Of a stretch of 64,000 nt of DNA, positions 26,539 to 37,100 are shown one piece after another. The position numbers and the translations under genes are program-made. The notes beneath the pieces were generated by a model that was not told the origin of the DNA, did not search any database, and saw only the letters and a program-made list of their open reading frames with translations. The stretch comes from a virus. The stretch is from the IMG/VR virus record IMGVR_UViG_3300009104_001476. The stretch is one strand, 5' to 3'. Each line of letters opens with the position of its first letter. Within the stretch, counting starts at the first letter, position 1.

Positions 26539-29500
26539 ATGTCATCAGCATCATGGTTTACAAATAGATCTGGAAACGTAGCTGGGGGATCCTCTAACGA
26601 GGCGGTTGGACCTACCGGGCCTACAGGAGCTACTGGAGCTACTGGAGCTACAGGGGCCACGGGCGCGACCGGGGCTACGGGGACGGATGGGCTCGCAGGC
26701 GCAGGAGTAACTTGGAAAGGAACTTGGTCTGACGCTACATCTTATGTGGCTAATGATGTAGTTTATTATAACGGCACTGCTTACATTTCTATACTTGCTG
26801 GAACTAACAAGCAACCAAATACGGAAACGACTTATTGGGATGCTTATACCGCTGGTATAACTGGCCCAGCCGGAGCGACAGGAGCCGCTGGACCCACAGG
26901 GGCGGCTAGTACTGCTCTCGGTCCTACAGGAAGTATCGGTGCAACAGGAGCAACAGGCTCTATTGGTCGATTTGGGGGCAATAGTCAAAGATTTAAATTT
27001 AGCGACAGCATTTTAGATAGCGACCCCGGAAACGGCACATTAAGATTAAATCATGCGACTATACCTAACGTAACAAAAATTTTCTTAGACGATGCTGATG
27101 CTTCTGGGGTGGGCGTAGAAAACTGGATAGGAACCTTAGACGATAATTCAACAAATTCTAAAAGAGGAAGCTTAACTTTATTTGACGAAGTCGATCCGAA
27201 TAATTATGTAATATTCTATATTAACGGAGAAAACGAAACAGAAACAGGCTATAAGAAAATCAATGTTTCTCACGTAGCTAATTACGGATCGTTCACGAAT
27301 GATAACGTCCTCGTTTTAAGTTTCGTGGCTTTTGGAGAAAAAGGCGACGTAGGTTCCGCGGGAGACGCAGGCGTAACCGGAGCAACTGGTCCTACCGGAG
27401 CAACAGGCGGATTAGGCGCAACTGGCTCTACCGGTGAAAAGGGAGCCACGGGGGCGGCTAGTACTGTAATCGGACCAAAGGGTCCAGCAGGTCCTACTGG
27501 GGCAATTGGGCCCACAGGCTCTGTGGGAGCTACGGGAGAAGGAGATAAATATGCTACAACCTCGAGTTCTTCTTTATCTATAACTACTGGCTCAATCAGT
27601 TTAACAGTCGGAACAAGTCTTTCTTACTCTGTCGGTCAATCCGCTATCATTGCCTATAACTCCAGCAATCAAATGTCTGGAGCGGTCACTTCTTACGATT
27701 CTTCAACTGGAGTCTTAGTGGTCAATGTAACTTCTCTTACTGGGTCCGGCTCTTATGGCGTTTGGTCGGTTAACCTTAGTGGCGCAGCGGGACCCGCAGG
27801 GCCACAAGGGGAAGACGGCATTGCTGGTCCAAGCGGCCCAATAGGGCCCACTGGATTATTAGGTGGACTTACTTATCTAATAACGGTTCAATCTAAAAGC
27901 TCTGCTCACCCTCATTATGGGGAGGGTTATTCTTCGGGTTTTGTAGTAAACGGAACAGAAGGTAAACCTTTGAATTTAATAAGGGGATATACTTACTATT
28001 TTGACTTATCTCATTCCTCTAATACTAGTAGGCTATATATTTCGACAAGTTCTGAAGGTGGGGGGCTTAATCAGCCGGGCGAGGTGACTTCAGGAGTCAC
28101 GACTTCTGGAACAGCTGGAACAGATTATATTCTAACTTATACTGTCCCTATTGATGCTCCCGACACTTTATATTACTGGAGCGCTGCGGCGTCATACATG
28201 GGTGGAGCGATTTCTGTAGGAGACTTTGGGCCAACTGGGCCTACTGGCGAGGCAGGGCCTACTGGCGGGATAGGCGTTACGGGACCAACGGGTCCCGCAA
28301 GTACTGCTCTCGGTCCTACTGGAATAGCTGGGCCAATTGGTAACACCGGAGCAACAGGACCCACGGGCCCAACTGGAGCGGTTGGTGGTGCCGGAGCTAC
28401 GGGAGCCGATGGGGATGCAGGACCTACAGGAGCTACAGGAGCTACAGGAGCAGTGGGTCCCGAGGGGGATGCTGGCCCGACAGGACCAATAGGAAATACT
28501 GGTGCTGTTGGCCCTGAGGGTGCCGTCGGAGAAGCTGGCCCTACGGGTGCAGCGGGTGACGAGCCAGTAGTGGTTAACTATTCTGTTAAAATCGTAGACA
28601 GCAAGTACCTCATAACTCAAGAGGGCGAGGGTTGGACCTCTAATTCTATACTTAAAATATATAAAGGCTTCACTTATGAATTTGATTTGTCTGACAGTTC
28701 TAACTCGGGCAAAACGTTTAAGCTTTCCGCGGATCCAGATGGAACGCACTCTTCGGGTATGGAATGGACTACCGGCGTAACAGTTACGGGAACGTCAGGG
28801 TCCTCAGGAGCTAAACTAAGATTTAAAGTCCCTCACGTAGTTCCAAATATTTTATATTATTACTCTAAAGAGCTACCCGCCGCTGGAGGAACTGGATATA
28901 TAAACGTTTCTGTAATTTCTACAGGAGCTACAGGCGCAACTGGAGCTACAGGGAGCACGGGAGCTGCAGGCGCAACTGGAGCTACGGGGAGCACAGGAGC
29001 TACAGGCGCAACTGGAGCTACGGGGAGCACAGGAGCTACAGGCGCAACTGGGGCTACAGGAGCCACAGGAGTGGACGGCCTTCAGGGGGTAGCGGGAGCA
29101 GTCGAGCATGTAATTACCGTAGACAGCTCAGCCATGGTTGTAAATGGAATAATAAGAGATACATTACATTTATTAAAAGGTTATACTTATTATTTTAAAG
29201 AGACACACTCTTCTACGGCTGGGCATCAAATTTATATAGCTACCTCTCCCGGAGGAGAAGGAGCAAACCCATACAATTATGGACATAGTTATTCTGGAAC
29301 AGCTGGAACAGACGGAAACCTTACCTTCACTGTTCCTCATGATGCTCCTGCAATTTTATATTATGAATGTCTTCATCACCCCAACATGGGTGGAACTTTA
29401 ACTATATCTGACGAAGGTCCGACAGGCCCCACGGGAACGAAAGGAGAAACAGGGGCGACAGGGACAAAAGGAGAAGATGGGAAAGTGGGAAATACTGGCC

Positions 29501-30147
29501 CTGCAGGCGCAGCTAGCACTGAACCCGGTCCTACTGGGTCTACAGGACCTACAGGCGCGGTGGGCATGGGCGGATCAGGGGGGACGACCCCAACTATTTC
29601 AACAAAAGGTATAGAGGCGTATGTCGGGAATAGCCTATGTTTTAACCCGTTCGAGTCTTCCGAACAATTTCATGTTAATAACTCTCTGGGGGAAACATTA
29701 AATTCTCTTCAAATTATAAATCACGGAGGTTTTATACCAGAGCCTTGCGAAATCGGATCGTACAAAGCTTATATAGTCAGTAGTGATTTAGATAGTTCTA
29801 GCGCTTGCTCTATTACAATTTATAAAAATGGGGTTTCTACAGGTATTACGAGTGTAGTAAACGGTTCCTCATACGCAGGCCAAACAGTTCATTTAATTAA
29901 CGAAACGAGTGGCCAACCAAACAGTTTGAATTTATCGGCTGGAGATAAAATAACGGCCGTTTGTGTTTGTAGTGGAGTAGAGAACAGTAGAGGGGTTATC
30001 TTTAAACTTTCCGGAGTAACTTCAGTAGGCGTAGGTCCAACAGGCCCAGCCGGAGACGCAGGCGCAGGTGGAAATACTGGTCCCACAGGGGCTACTGGGA
30101 GTGTAAATACCAGTGATATTATAAAATATACCTTAATTTTTGGATAA
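26539..30147 (+). CDS. Collagen-like fibre protein with three cupredoxin-like inserts
   Basis: Long GAT/GPT Gly-X-Y tracts; three L..GYTY.F...VP.DAP..LYY...MGG modules; ends LIFG. Confidence 0.85.
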   Translation: MSSASWFTNRSGNVAGGSSNEAVGPTGPTGATGATGATGATGATGATGTDGLAGAGVTWKGTWSDATSYVANDVVYYNGTAYISILAGTNKQPNTETTYWDAYTAGITGPAGATGAAGPTGAASTALGPTGSIGATGATGSIGRFGGNSQRFKFSDSILDSDPGNGTLRLNHATIPNVTKIFLDDADASGVGVENWIGTLDDNSTNSKRGSLTLFDEVDPNNYVIFYINGENETETGYKKINVSHVANYGSFTNDNVLVLSFVAFGEKGDVGSAGDAGVTGATGPTGATGGLGATGSTGEKGATGAASTVIGPKGPAGPTGAIGPTGSVGATGEGDKYATTSSSSLSITTGSISLTVGTSLSYSVGQSAIIAYNSSNQMSGAVTSYDSSTGVLVVNVTSLTGSGSYGVWSVNLSGAAGPAGPQGEDGIAGPSGPIGPTGLLGGLTYLITVQSKSSAHPHYGEGYSSGFVVNGTEGKPLNLIRGYTYYFDLSHSSNTSRLYISTSSEGGGLNQPGEVTSGVTTSGTAGTDYILTYTVPIDAPDTLYYWSAAASYMGGAISVGDFGPTGPTGEAGPTGGIGVTGPTGPASTALGPTGIAGPIGNTGATGPTGPTGAVGGAGATGADGDAGPTGATGATGAVGPEGDAGPTGPIGNTGAVGPEGAVGEAGPTGAAGDEPVVVNYSVKIVDSKYLITQEGEGWTSNSILKIYKGFTYEFDLSDSSNSGKTFKLSADPDGTHSSGMEWTTGVTVTGTSGSSGAKLRFKVPHVVPNILYYYSKELPAAGGTGYINVSVISTGATGATGATGSTGAAGATGATGSTGATGATGATGSTGATGATGATGATGVDGLQGVAGAVEHVITVDSSAMVVNGIIRDTLHLLKGYTYYFKETHSSTAGHQIYIATSPGGEGANPYNYGHSYSGTAGTDGNLTFTVPHDAPAILYYECLHHPNMGGTLTISDEGPTGPTGTKGETGATGTKGEDGKVGNTGPAGAASTEPGPTGSTGPTGAVGMGGSGGTTPTISTKGIEAYVGNSLCFNPFESSEQFHVNNSLGETLNSLQIINHGGFIPEPCEIGSYKAYIVSSDLDSSSACSITIYKNGVSTGITSVVNGSSYAGQTVHLINETSGQPNSLNLSAGDKITAVCVCSGVENSRGVIFKLSGVTSVGVGPTGPAGDAGAGGNTGPTGATGSVNTSDIIKYTLIFG
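28921..29070 (+). repeat. Collagen-coding tandem repeat including an exact 36-nt duplication (28978-29013 / 29014-29049)
   Basis: ggagctacggggagcacaggagctacaggcgcaact x2. Confidence 0.9.
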
Positions 30148-30151
30148 TTAT

Positions 30152-30475
30152 ATGATTGCTAATACTATAATTAATAATACAGCTACAGATATTCTAGAGA
30201 CCCCTGTAGATTCAGCTATAACTGCGTATGCGGGGGTTGGGATGTTTTTCTGTAATGCCGGCGCAACTAATGAAAGTATTAATATTTATGCGGTCCCTAG
30301 TGGTCAAGTAGCTTCGGAAAATAACATGGTTATTAAAGACTTAACCGTGGTCACTGGAGACACATATGAATTTAGTGCTGAAAAATTTTTATTAAATAAG
30401 GGAGAAAGTCTTGTGGCCAGTGGCCAAAATGGGGGTTTAATATCAGCAACAATTACTTATACGGATATAACATAA
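30152..30475 (+). CDS. Small beta-sandwich fibre adaptor protein
   Basis: MFFCN...INIY...L.V..GDTY resembles the N-terminus of 19725..25340; follows the collagen gene. Confidence 0.55.
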   Translation: MIANTIINNTATDILETPVDSAITAYAGVGMFFCNAGATNESINIYAVPSGQVASENNMVIKDLTVVTGDTYEFSAEKFLLNKGESLVASGQNGGLISATITYTDIT

Positions 30476-30476
30476 A

Positions 30477-30731
30477 ATGTCTAGCTTTATAAATAAACAA
30501 GGAAGCGACTTAACAGGTCCAGTAGGATCTGCAGGACCCACCGGACCTACTGGCGCTGATGGTCAGTCGGGTAACACAGGAGCTGCTGGCTCCACAGGCG
30601 CTACGGGAGCTACGGGTGCTGATGGTGCGCAAGGCAATACAGGGGCTACTGGCGCTGATGGTGCGCAAGGAGAGACTGGTCCGGCTGGAGTAGCTGCTAT
30701 CAGCGTATTAGAATTACAAATTTTTAGTTAA
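30477..30731 (+). CDS. Short collagen-like protein
   Basis: About 18 Gly-X-Y triplets; ends LQIFS like the LIFG end of 26539..30147. Confidence 0.8.
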   Translation: MSSFINKQGSDLTGPVGSAGPTGPTGADGQSGNTGAAGSTGATGATGADGAQGNTGATGADGAQGETGPAGVAAISVLELQIFS

Positions 30732-30745
30732 AAGGAATTTAAACA

Positions 30746-31102
30746 ATGGCAACATTCACAAAACATAAATTAAGTGGATCTACAGATGGTAAAGGGGTCA
30801 AGGTGACATCTAATCTCGCAGGCTCGGGAGTAACGGTACACACTGCCGTCACAGGGACTACAGATTTCGATGAAGTATGGTTGTATGCATATAATTCAGA
30901 CTCTGCAAGCGTTAACGTAACTGTAGAGTTTGGAGGAACAACTTCTCCTGATAATACTATCACTCAGTCTGTTCCTGCTCAATCAGGACTATATTTATTG
31001 ATACCGGGTTTTCCCTTGCAAAACTCAGCTGTAATTTCAGCTTATGCTAGCAAGCAAAACGTGGTTTCTTTATATGGTTTTGTTAATAGGATTGATCAGT
31101 AA
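30746..31102 (+). CDS. Small beta-sandwich fibre adaptor protein
   Basis: EVWLYAYN...VNVTV...VPAQSGL; AAGGA RBS; follows the short collagen gene. Confidence 0.6.
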   Translation: MATFTKHKLSGSTDGKGVKVTSNLAGSGVTVHTAVTGTTDFDEVWLYAYNSDSASVNVTVEFGGTTSPDNTITQSVPAQSGLYLLIPGFPLQNSAVISAYASKQNVVSLYGFVNRIDQ

Positions 31103-31121
31103 TAGAGAGTAAACTCTTAAA

Positions 31122-34100
31122 ATGAGAAATGCAAGATCAAAGTCTACTTTTAGGCCTAGGTGGAGGCGAAGGATTGCAGGAAAAGCAGGAGGTCAGGCTT
31201 ATCCGATTTTAAAATCCGTCACGTCTTCGACCGGAGATTTCATTTATGATCCTGAGGTCTCTGCTTGGGCAAAAAGAGTTAATTCTGCAGGAGGATCCGT
31301 ATCTAATAGTTGCCTAGAGGCTTCTAGCGCTTTCATTAGGACGATCAAAAATCAGCCGGGCTTAAGACAAAAAATCAAAAGGTTAAATCTCTTTTGTGGC
31401 TCAAATCTAGACTCCTCTTTAATGCCTCTGATCATTGACGAAGGGCCTACTCAGGACATTAACCATAATTTTGCATCAACAGAATACTCAGAAAAGTCTG
31501 GGATTAAAAATTCAACAGCTTCTGGAAATAAATATTTAGATACAGGTCTCGATCTTTCGTGGTCCGCTGTTGGCCTAACTTTTAATGATGCTCATATAGC
31601 AATTAGCACCTTGGGAGCGAATACTTCTTCTTCTTACAAAGAATGGATAGGTAGGGATCACTTCTCCCTAGGATCTAACAAAGAAAACAGAAAACTTCAA
31701 TTTAGGGTGGGAGAACATACAATTTATGCTGATAATCCAAACCCTCAACAAGGAGCTTGTATGGGGTTTTATCTAGGTAATTGCTGGTGGGGGGACGTAA
31801 GTCTTCGTTTAAATAATAGATCATTAGAAAATATAAACGTCTCTAATAATTCCCCCAGCAACGCTGATTTGTCTCAAAATTTTCATATATTTAAAAGGAA
31901 TACAGCTTATTCAGCCCCTGATGATTTCGATCAAACAGTAAACTTTTATTCAATAGGCTTAGGTTTAAGCGATTCTGAAGCAACAGTTTTATACGATGCT
32001 GTTTCAGTATTTAATCAGGCAAAAAATAGAGAGTTATTCGAAGCTTTAGATATTGAGGTTTGGAAATGGGCTAACCATAGAATCCCTGAAGCAGTGGGAG
32101 ATGCTTCAGCTCACTTTAGCTCTTTACTGGTTCAAAATGCTAGCGCTTGGATGGAGTCCATTAAAAATAATAATTTAAGAGAAAAAATAAATAGAGCTAA
32201 CTTATTCTTGGGAAAAAGCTCTTCTAACTATGGTTATTTAACCTCTCTTGTTCCTTTAATCATCGACAGCGGCCACAGAACAGATATTAACAATAATTTT
32301 CTTAATTCTGACTATAATCTAAAATTTGGCCTTCATGGAGACGGAGCTACTAAATTTTTAGATACTGGGATAACGACAAGAGAATTAGTCTCTGCCTCTT
32401 CAAATTCAGGACATCTTTCTGTCGAAGCAACTTCTCCAAGTCCAACCAATACTTCGAGTTCTTCATCGAACTGTTTGATAGGCTCTAAGGAGTCAATCTC
32501 TACCGCTGGGGGCGTTGGTATGAGTATCAGTCTGTCTAAGACTAAAATGACCACTAAAGCTTGGACGGCTTTATCCAAAAGTGCTGTTCCTGCGACACAA
32601 GGTATGTTTACTTCTAGCATAGGGGCCGGAGGCTCAAACTCGAACGCTAGGACATATTTTAATGGGGCTTTTTTAAGTGATAATTCTAACGATATACAAT
32701 CAACGTCTTACGATTCTTCATTGACAGGCTCTACTATTTCGTTGTTCACTTTAAACACTGTGGAATATGGAAATTTAGGTCACTCATCTCAGTCAATTAA
32801 AAGTTATTCTATTGGCAAAGCTTTAACTGATGACGAAGTGCAAAATTTATATGCAGCGAATTCAAACGTAAAAAGAGTTGAGATTGTTTCTGATGATATG
32901 GATTCAGAAGTATACGATTGGGCAAACTATAGGGTTCCTGCTAACGGAGGTCTCGTTACGCAAAAGGAAGCTGAAGCCGTAAACGCTTGGATGTTAAAAA
33001 TCAAAACCTCTTCAGGGTTAAGAGAAAAGCTTAAAAGAGTAAATTTAATGGCCGGATCAAACCTCGCTGCAAAAATGGTTCCCCTTATCGTTGATTCTGG
33101 TTATTCTAAGGTAGATAAAAATACTAACCTATCTGAAGGCGATTCTGTGTCCACGGGCTTAAGAGCTGGCGATGAAAAAAGTATAGATACGACCGTGAAA
33201 CTTTCAGATTTTCTTACAAATAGTTCTGGACACTTTTCGGTAAAAAACTATGCGAGCTTGGACACTTTAATCATGGGGGACACTTTCGCTCATGGGGTCA
33301 TTACGAATCAGTCTTCCTATTCTAGCGAAACGAGCGCGGAGCTTTTGGTTTCCTCCGACCACGTCAATGGTTCCAATGTATTTACTGATTCGTCTGGGGC
33401 GGGGCACGCGATCACGAACCATGGCAACACGAGCCACCAAAACGCGGTTGGTAATCCGTTTGGTTCGGGTAGTGCGATTAAATTCGACGGCTCAAGTGAT
33501 TATCTAACCGTGGCTGATTCGGCATCATGGACTTTCGGCAGCGGAGATTTTACGATAGAAACATGGATAAACTTCTCAGCTTGGGAGAGTACGAACTTCA
33601 ACACAATAGCGTGGTTCGGCCCTGTTCAGATTGACTACAAACGAGACGGCGGGACTAAACAGTTGAGAATGTTCTGCTATAGCTCAGGCGGCAATACTTC
33701 AAGCATCCAGACATGGGACGCCTCACTGGATACTTGGTATCATATTGCTGCCGTCAGAGATAGCGGAAACTTACGACTGTTTGTTAATGGGACATCCCTA
33801 GGAACTCCACCTGCGCATGAGGGCAACACAACTCTTACAAATGCAACCGGAGCGAGTGCGATCATGGCAAGGGCGGCTAACTCCGTTTCGGGAGTTGGAA
33901 GCCCAGACCGAAAATCTGCTGGCTACATCTACGACTTCCGAGTGTCCAAGGAAGCTAAGTATTCAGATGATTTTTCCAAGCCCACCGCATCTTTCGGGTC
34001 CACCGGGGGCCCCAAGCCTGCCCTCGGCCTCACCATAGACTCAAACGGCGTGAAAGGCTACGTTTGGGACAACAATAGATCAAATGCTGTAAGTTACGCC

Positions 34101-37100
34101 AAGCTAAATCAAGCGACTACAGAGACGAAAAAGACTGTTGATACTTCCAGTTATTCGCATCCTACCTTGTATTCTGGTCAGCCGATGCCTTACTGGGGGT
34201 ATCTCAACACCGATCTACCGGGCGAAGAAGATAATCAAGCAGACGTTTCTTATATTGTCGAGGACAATGGTGATCATGTCATTGATATTCCTCAGTTAAA
34301 GCAGGCATCCACTTGGGGGCCCGGGCCCGCCGCTATCATTGTTTATAAAAATGGTGTCATTCAGACGCATTTGAGCGATTGGATACATCCTTACGCGTGG
34401 CCTATACCTTGGTCGCGTACGCTTACAGATCTGGCTGTTGGAGATAAAATAAAAGTTGTAATCCAATACCCAGATTGGTCCGCGCCCGGCTGGGAAGCGT
34501 GGCCAAACGTGTGGCGAATTGGAGCGATGGAGAATACTACCGTATTTTTCAAGAGAATAGTTCCCTCAACTCAAAACGCTTTAGACGGTTTGTGGACCGT
34601 AAGTAGAACTTCAGCCACTGCATCATCTTTGTACTTAGATGGATCCCCCGTGGCTTCTTCTACCGCTTCATCTAATGTGACTAATGTTAGTGACGATTAC
34701 GTAAACATCATGGGGTCTTATTCTGATGATGGATCTATACAAAATCATCATGATAACGCTTCTAGAATAGGATTTTATAGTTTGGGTTTGAGCTTAACAG
34801 ACGCAGAAGCTCTTACTTTATCTGAGGCTATAACCGCTTTCGATACCAAGATGAGAAGAGACTTAGATGAAGAAGTCTGGGATTGGGCTTATACTCGGGT
34901 TCCTTTAAATGGCGGGTCTTTGAGCGAGTCGAACATAAATAATGTAAATACATTCATGCTTGCTCTTAAAACTGAGTCTGGACTAAGAGAGTCTATTAAA
35001 AGATTAAACGTTTTCGCGGGTTCTAATTTGTCTAGTGCTATGGTGCCTTTGATTAAAGACTTCGGAGACAGTATAGAGAAAAATTATAACTTTACATCTT
35101 CAGACGTAAACCAAGGGCTAAATTCTAGCGGATCAAAATATCTAGATACTGGGATGAGTTTCAGTGAATTAGATATAATATCTTATAGTAATTTTCATGT
35201 AGCCTTATCTAGAAAAGGTAATTCAGTTAGCGGATACGCCAACTCTGACGCCATCGGTAACGGCTCGATAAGATTGAATTTAACTAATAGGCCTGTAGTT
35301 CCAGTGGAGGGGGCAGATAACTTGATTTATTCTGGAAGTACTATTACTTCAAGTACTGATGGCTCAGGCTTTCTTGTGGGAACCGCAGTTAATAATACAG
35401 AAACAAAATTATATAAAGGGTCGACAAGTTCCGACACGGGTCCTTTCGATGGTAGCTCATCCATGTCTGCGAACAATTTTATAGTTTGTGGTAATCAAAC
35501 TGAGGCCGGGGTTGTAGCACAATTCTCAGGAAGGATCTCTATCTATTCCTTGGGTATTGGGTTAACATCAGGGCAGGTATCAGCTTTTAATAGCGCTGTT
35601 TCAGCTTTAGAACTTTCATTAGAAAGAGGGGATTTTGAGGCTAGTAATTCAGACGCTTGGAAATGGGCTAATATAAATGTTCCTGCTAACGGCGGCCTCG
35701 TTAGCCAGAAACAAGTTACAGCGGTAAACAAGTTCATGGATTCAATAAGTAACATCCATAATCTAAGAGACTCTATTAAAAGAATGAATCTTTTCGTTGG
35801 GGAAAATCTTAACGCCGCCTTGGTTCCTGTCGTATCTGATTTAGGGGCCTCCGTTGAGACAAATAATAATTTTATTTCTAGTGATTACATTTCTACGGGG
35901 CCTGACGCAGGACTAACAGGCGGGTCAGGTAAAACTTTAGATTTAAAAATAAAAGCTAGAGATTTAGGGGATAATTTTGTCATGGCTCTTAGGAGTAATT
36001 CGGGATCAACTTTTGATAGCTCTTCAAATGCTCCGATAATGGGAGTGGAGGAAGGATTCAGCTCGATGACGATGGGCTCTAACTTGGGTAAATTGTCATT
36101 CTTTACTTCGATTAGCAGCGCTCAAACTATAGACACATCCCATTACATTAAAACTCCCGCCATTTTTAAAGATTTACCTCGAAATTATAATGGCTGCGAC
36201 ATAGTTGGTAATAGTATTCTTGAGCCTTCCCTAAATACGGACGTTGGCGAATCTTCTTGCGAAACTTTAGAAAACGCTGTTTCTAGTTACGATATACCAA
36301 ACCACAGTTTTATTGATAGCTCTTTAAGCCGAAAAATTCTTAACGATCGACTGTACTGCGATTATAGAAATTCGGACATCTTAAGCCGAGGTCAACAATT
36401 TTATGGTGACGCCGGAGTTAACTTTTCTATTGATCATGAGAAGGGGAGAAACTCTGAGGGCGTAGTGGCTCTGGGTGAAAATGGTGATTTTTGCAAAGGA
36501 TTTTATTCTGTTCTCTGCTCGAAAGTTGAGGATTCGAATATTAGCAAACTTAAAATGTATAAAAATGGCCAAGAGATGGTAGAGTCTCAGATGGTTAATC
36601 AAAATATTGGCCCTGCAGCAGAAATAGCTTTATTCGGTAAGCGAAATGGAAGCGTTTTTCACTCCTTCCCTAGTTCAATAAATATCGATTTTTATTGTTT
36701 GGGTTCTAACGCTGAGACTCCTGACGCATCTAAAAATCCAGACGTTTTAGGTGATGGCTTTTTACCTAACGAAGTTCATAACTTCTTAATTCAACTAGAT
36801 GTAGATTTAAACAGAAAAGACTTCCAAAAACCTGATGCTACAAACGGAATACTTGGTAATTTACAAACCTTAACTAGCGAGCTCGATCCCGAGGTCTCAA
36901 AATGGGCTAATGAAAAAGTCCCGAAAGTTGGGGGGAAATTAAATCCTGAGATAGTATTAGCTGTTAATGCTTGGATGACTAAAATTAAAGAACGAGCCGG
37001 ATTAAGGCAAAAGCTTAAAAGAGTAAATCTTTTTTCAAGCGTCAACTTGGCGGGCGCTCTCGTACCCATCATTACAGACGAAGGGTACCCTGTCGACTTA

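Noticed and set aside
26900-28330. 20-nt repeat agtactgctctcggtcctac (and an 18-nt repeat at ~28105/29292) as DGR TR/VR or recombination sites
   Set aside because: Short intragenic duplications of fibre modules; no adenine-specific mismatch pattern and no reverse transcriptase in the window.
26442-30086. Minus-strand ORFs with APV/GPV repeats
   Set aside because: Antisense shadows of the Gly-X-Y collagen codons; no RBS or independent signal.
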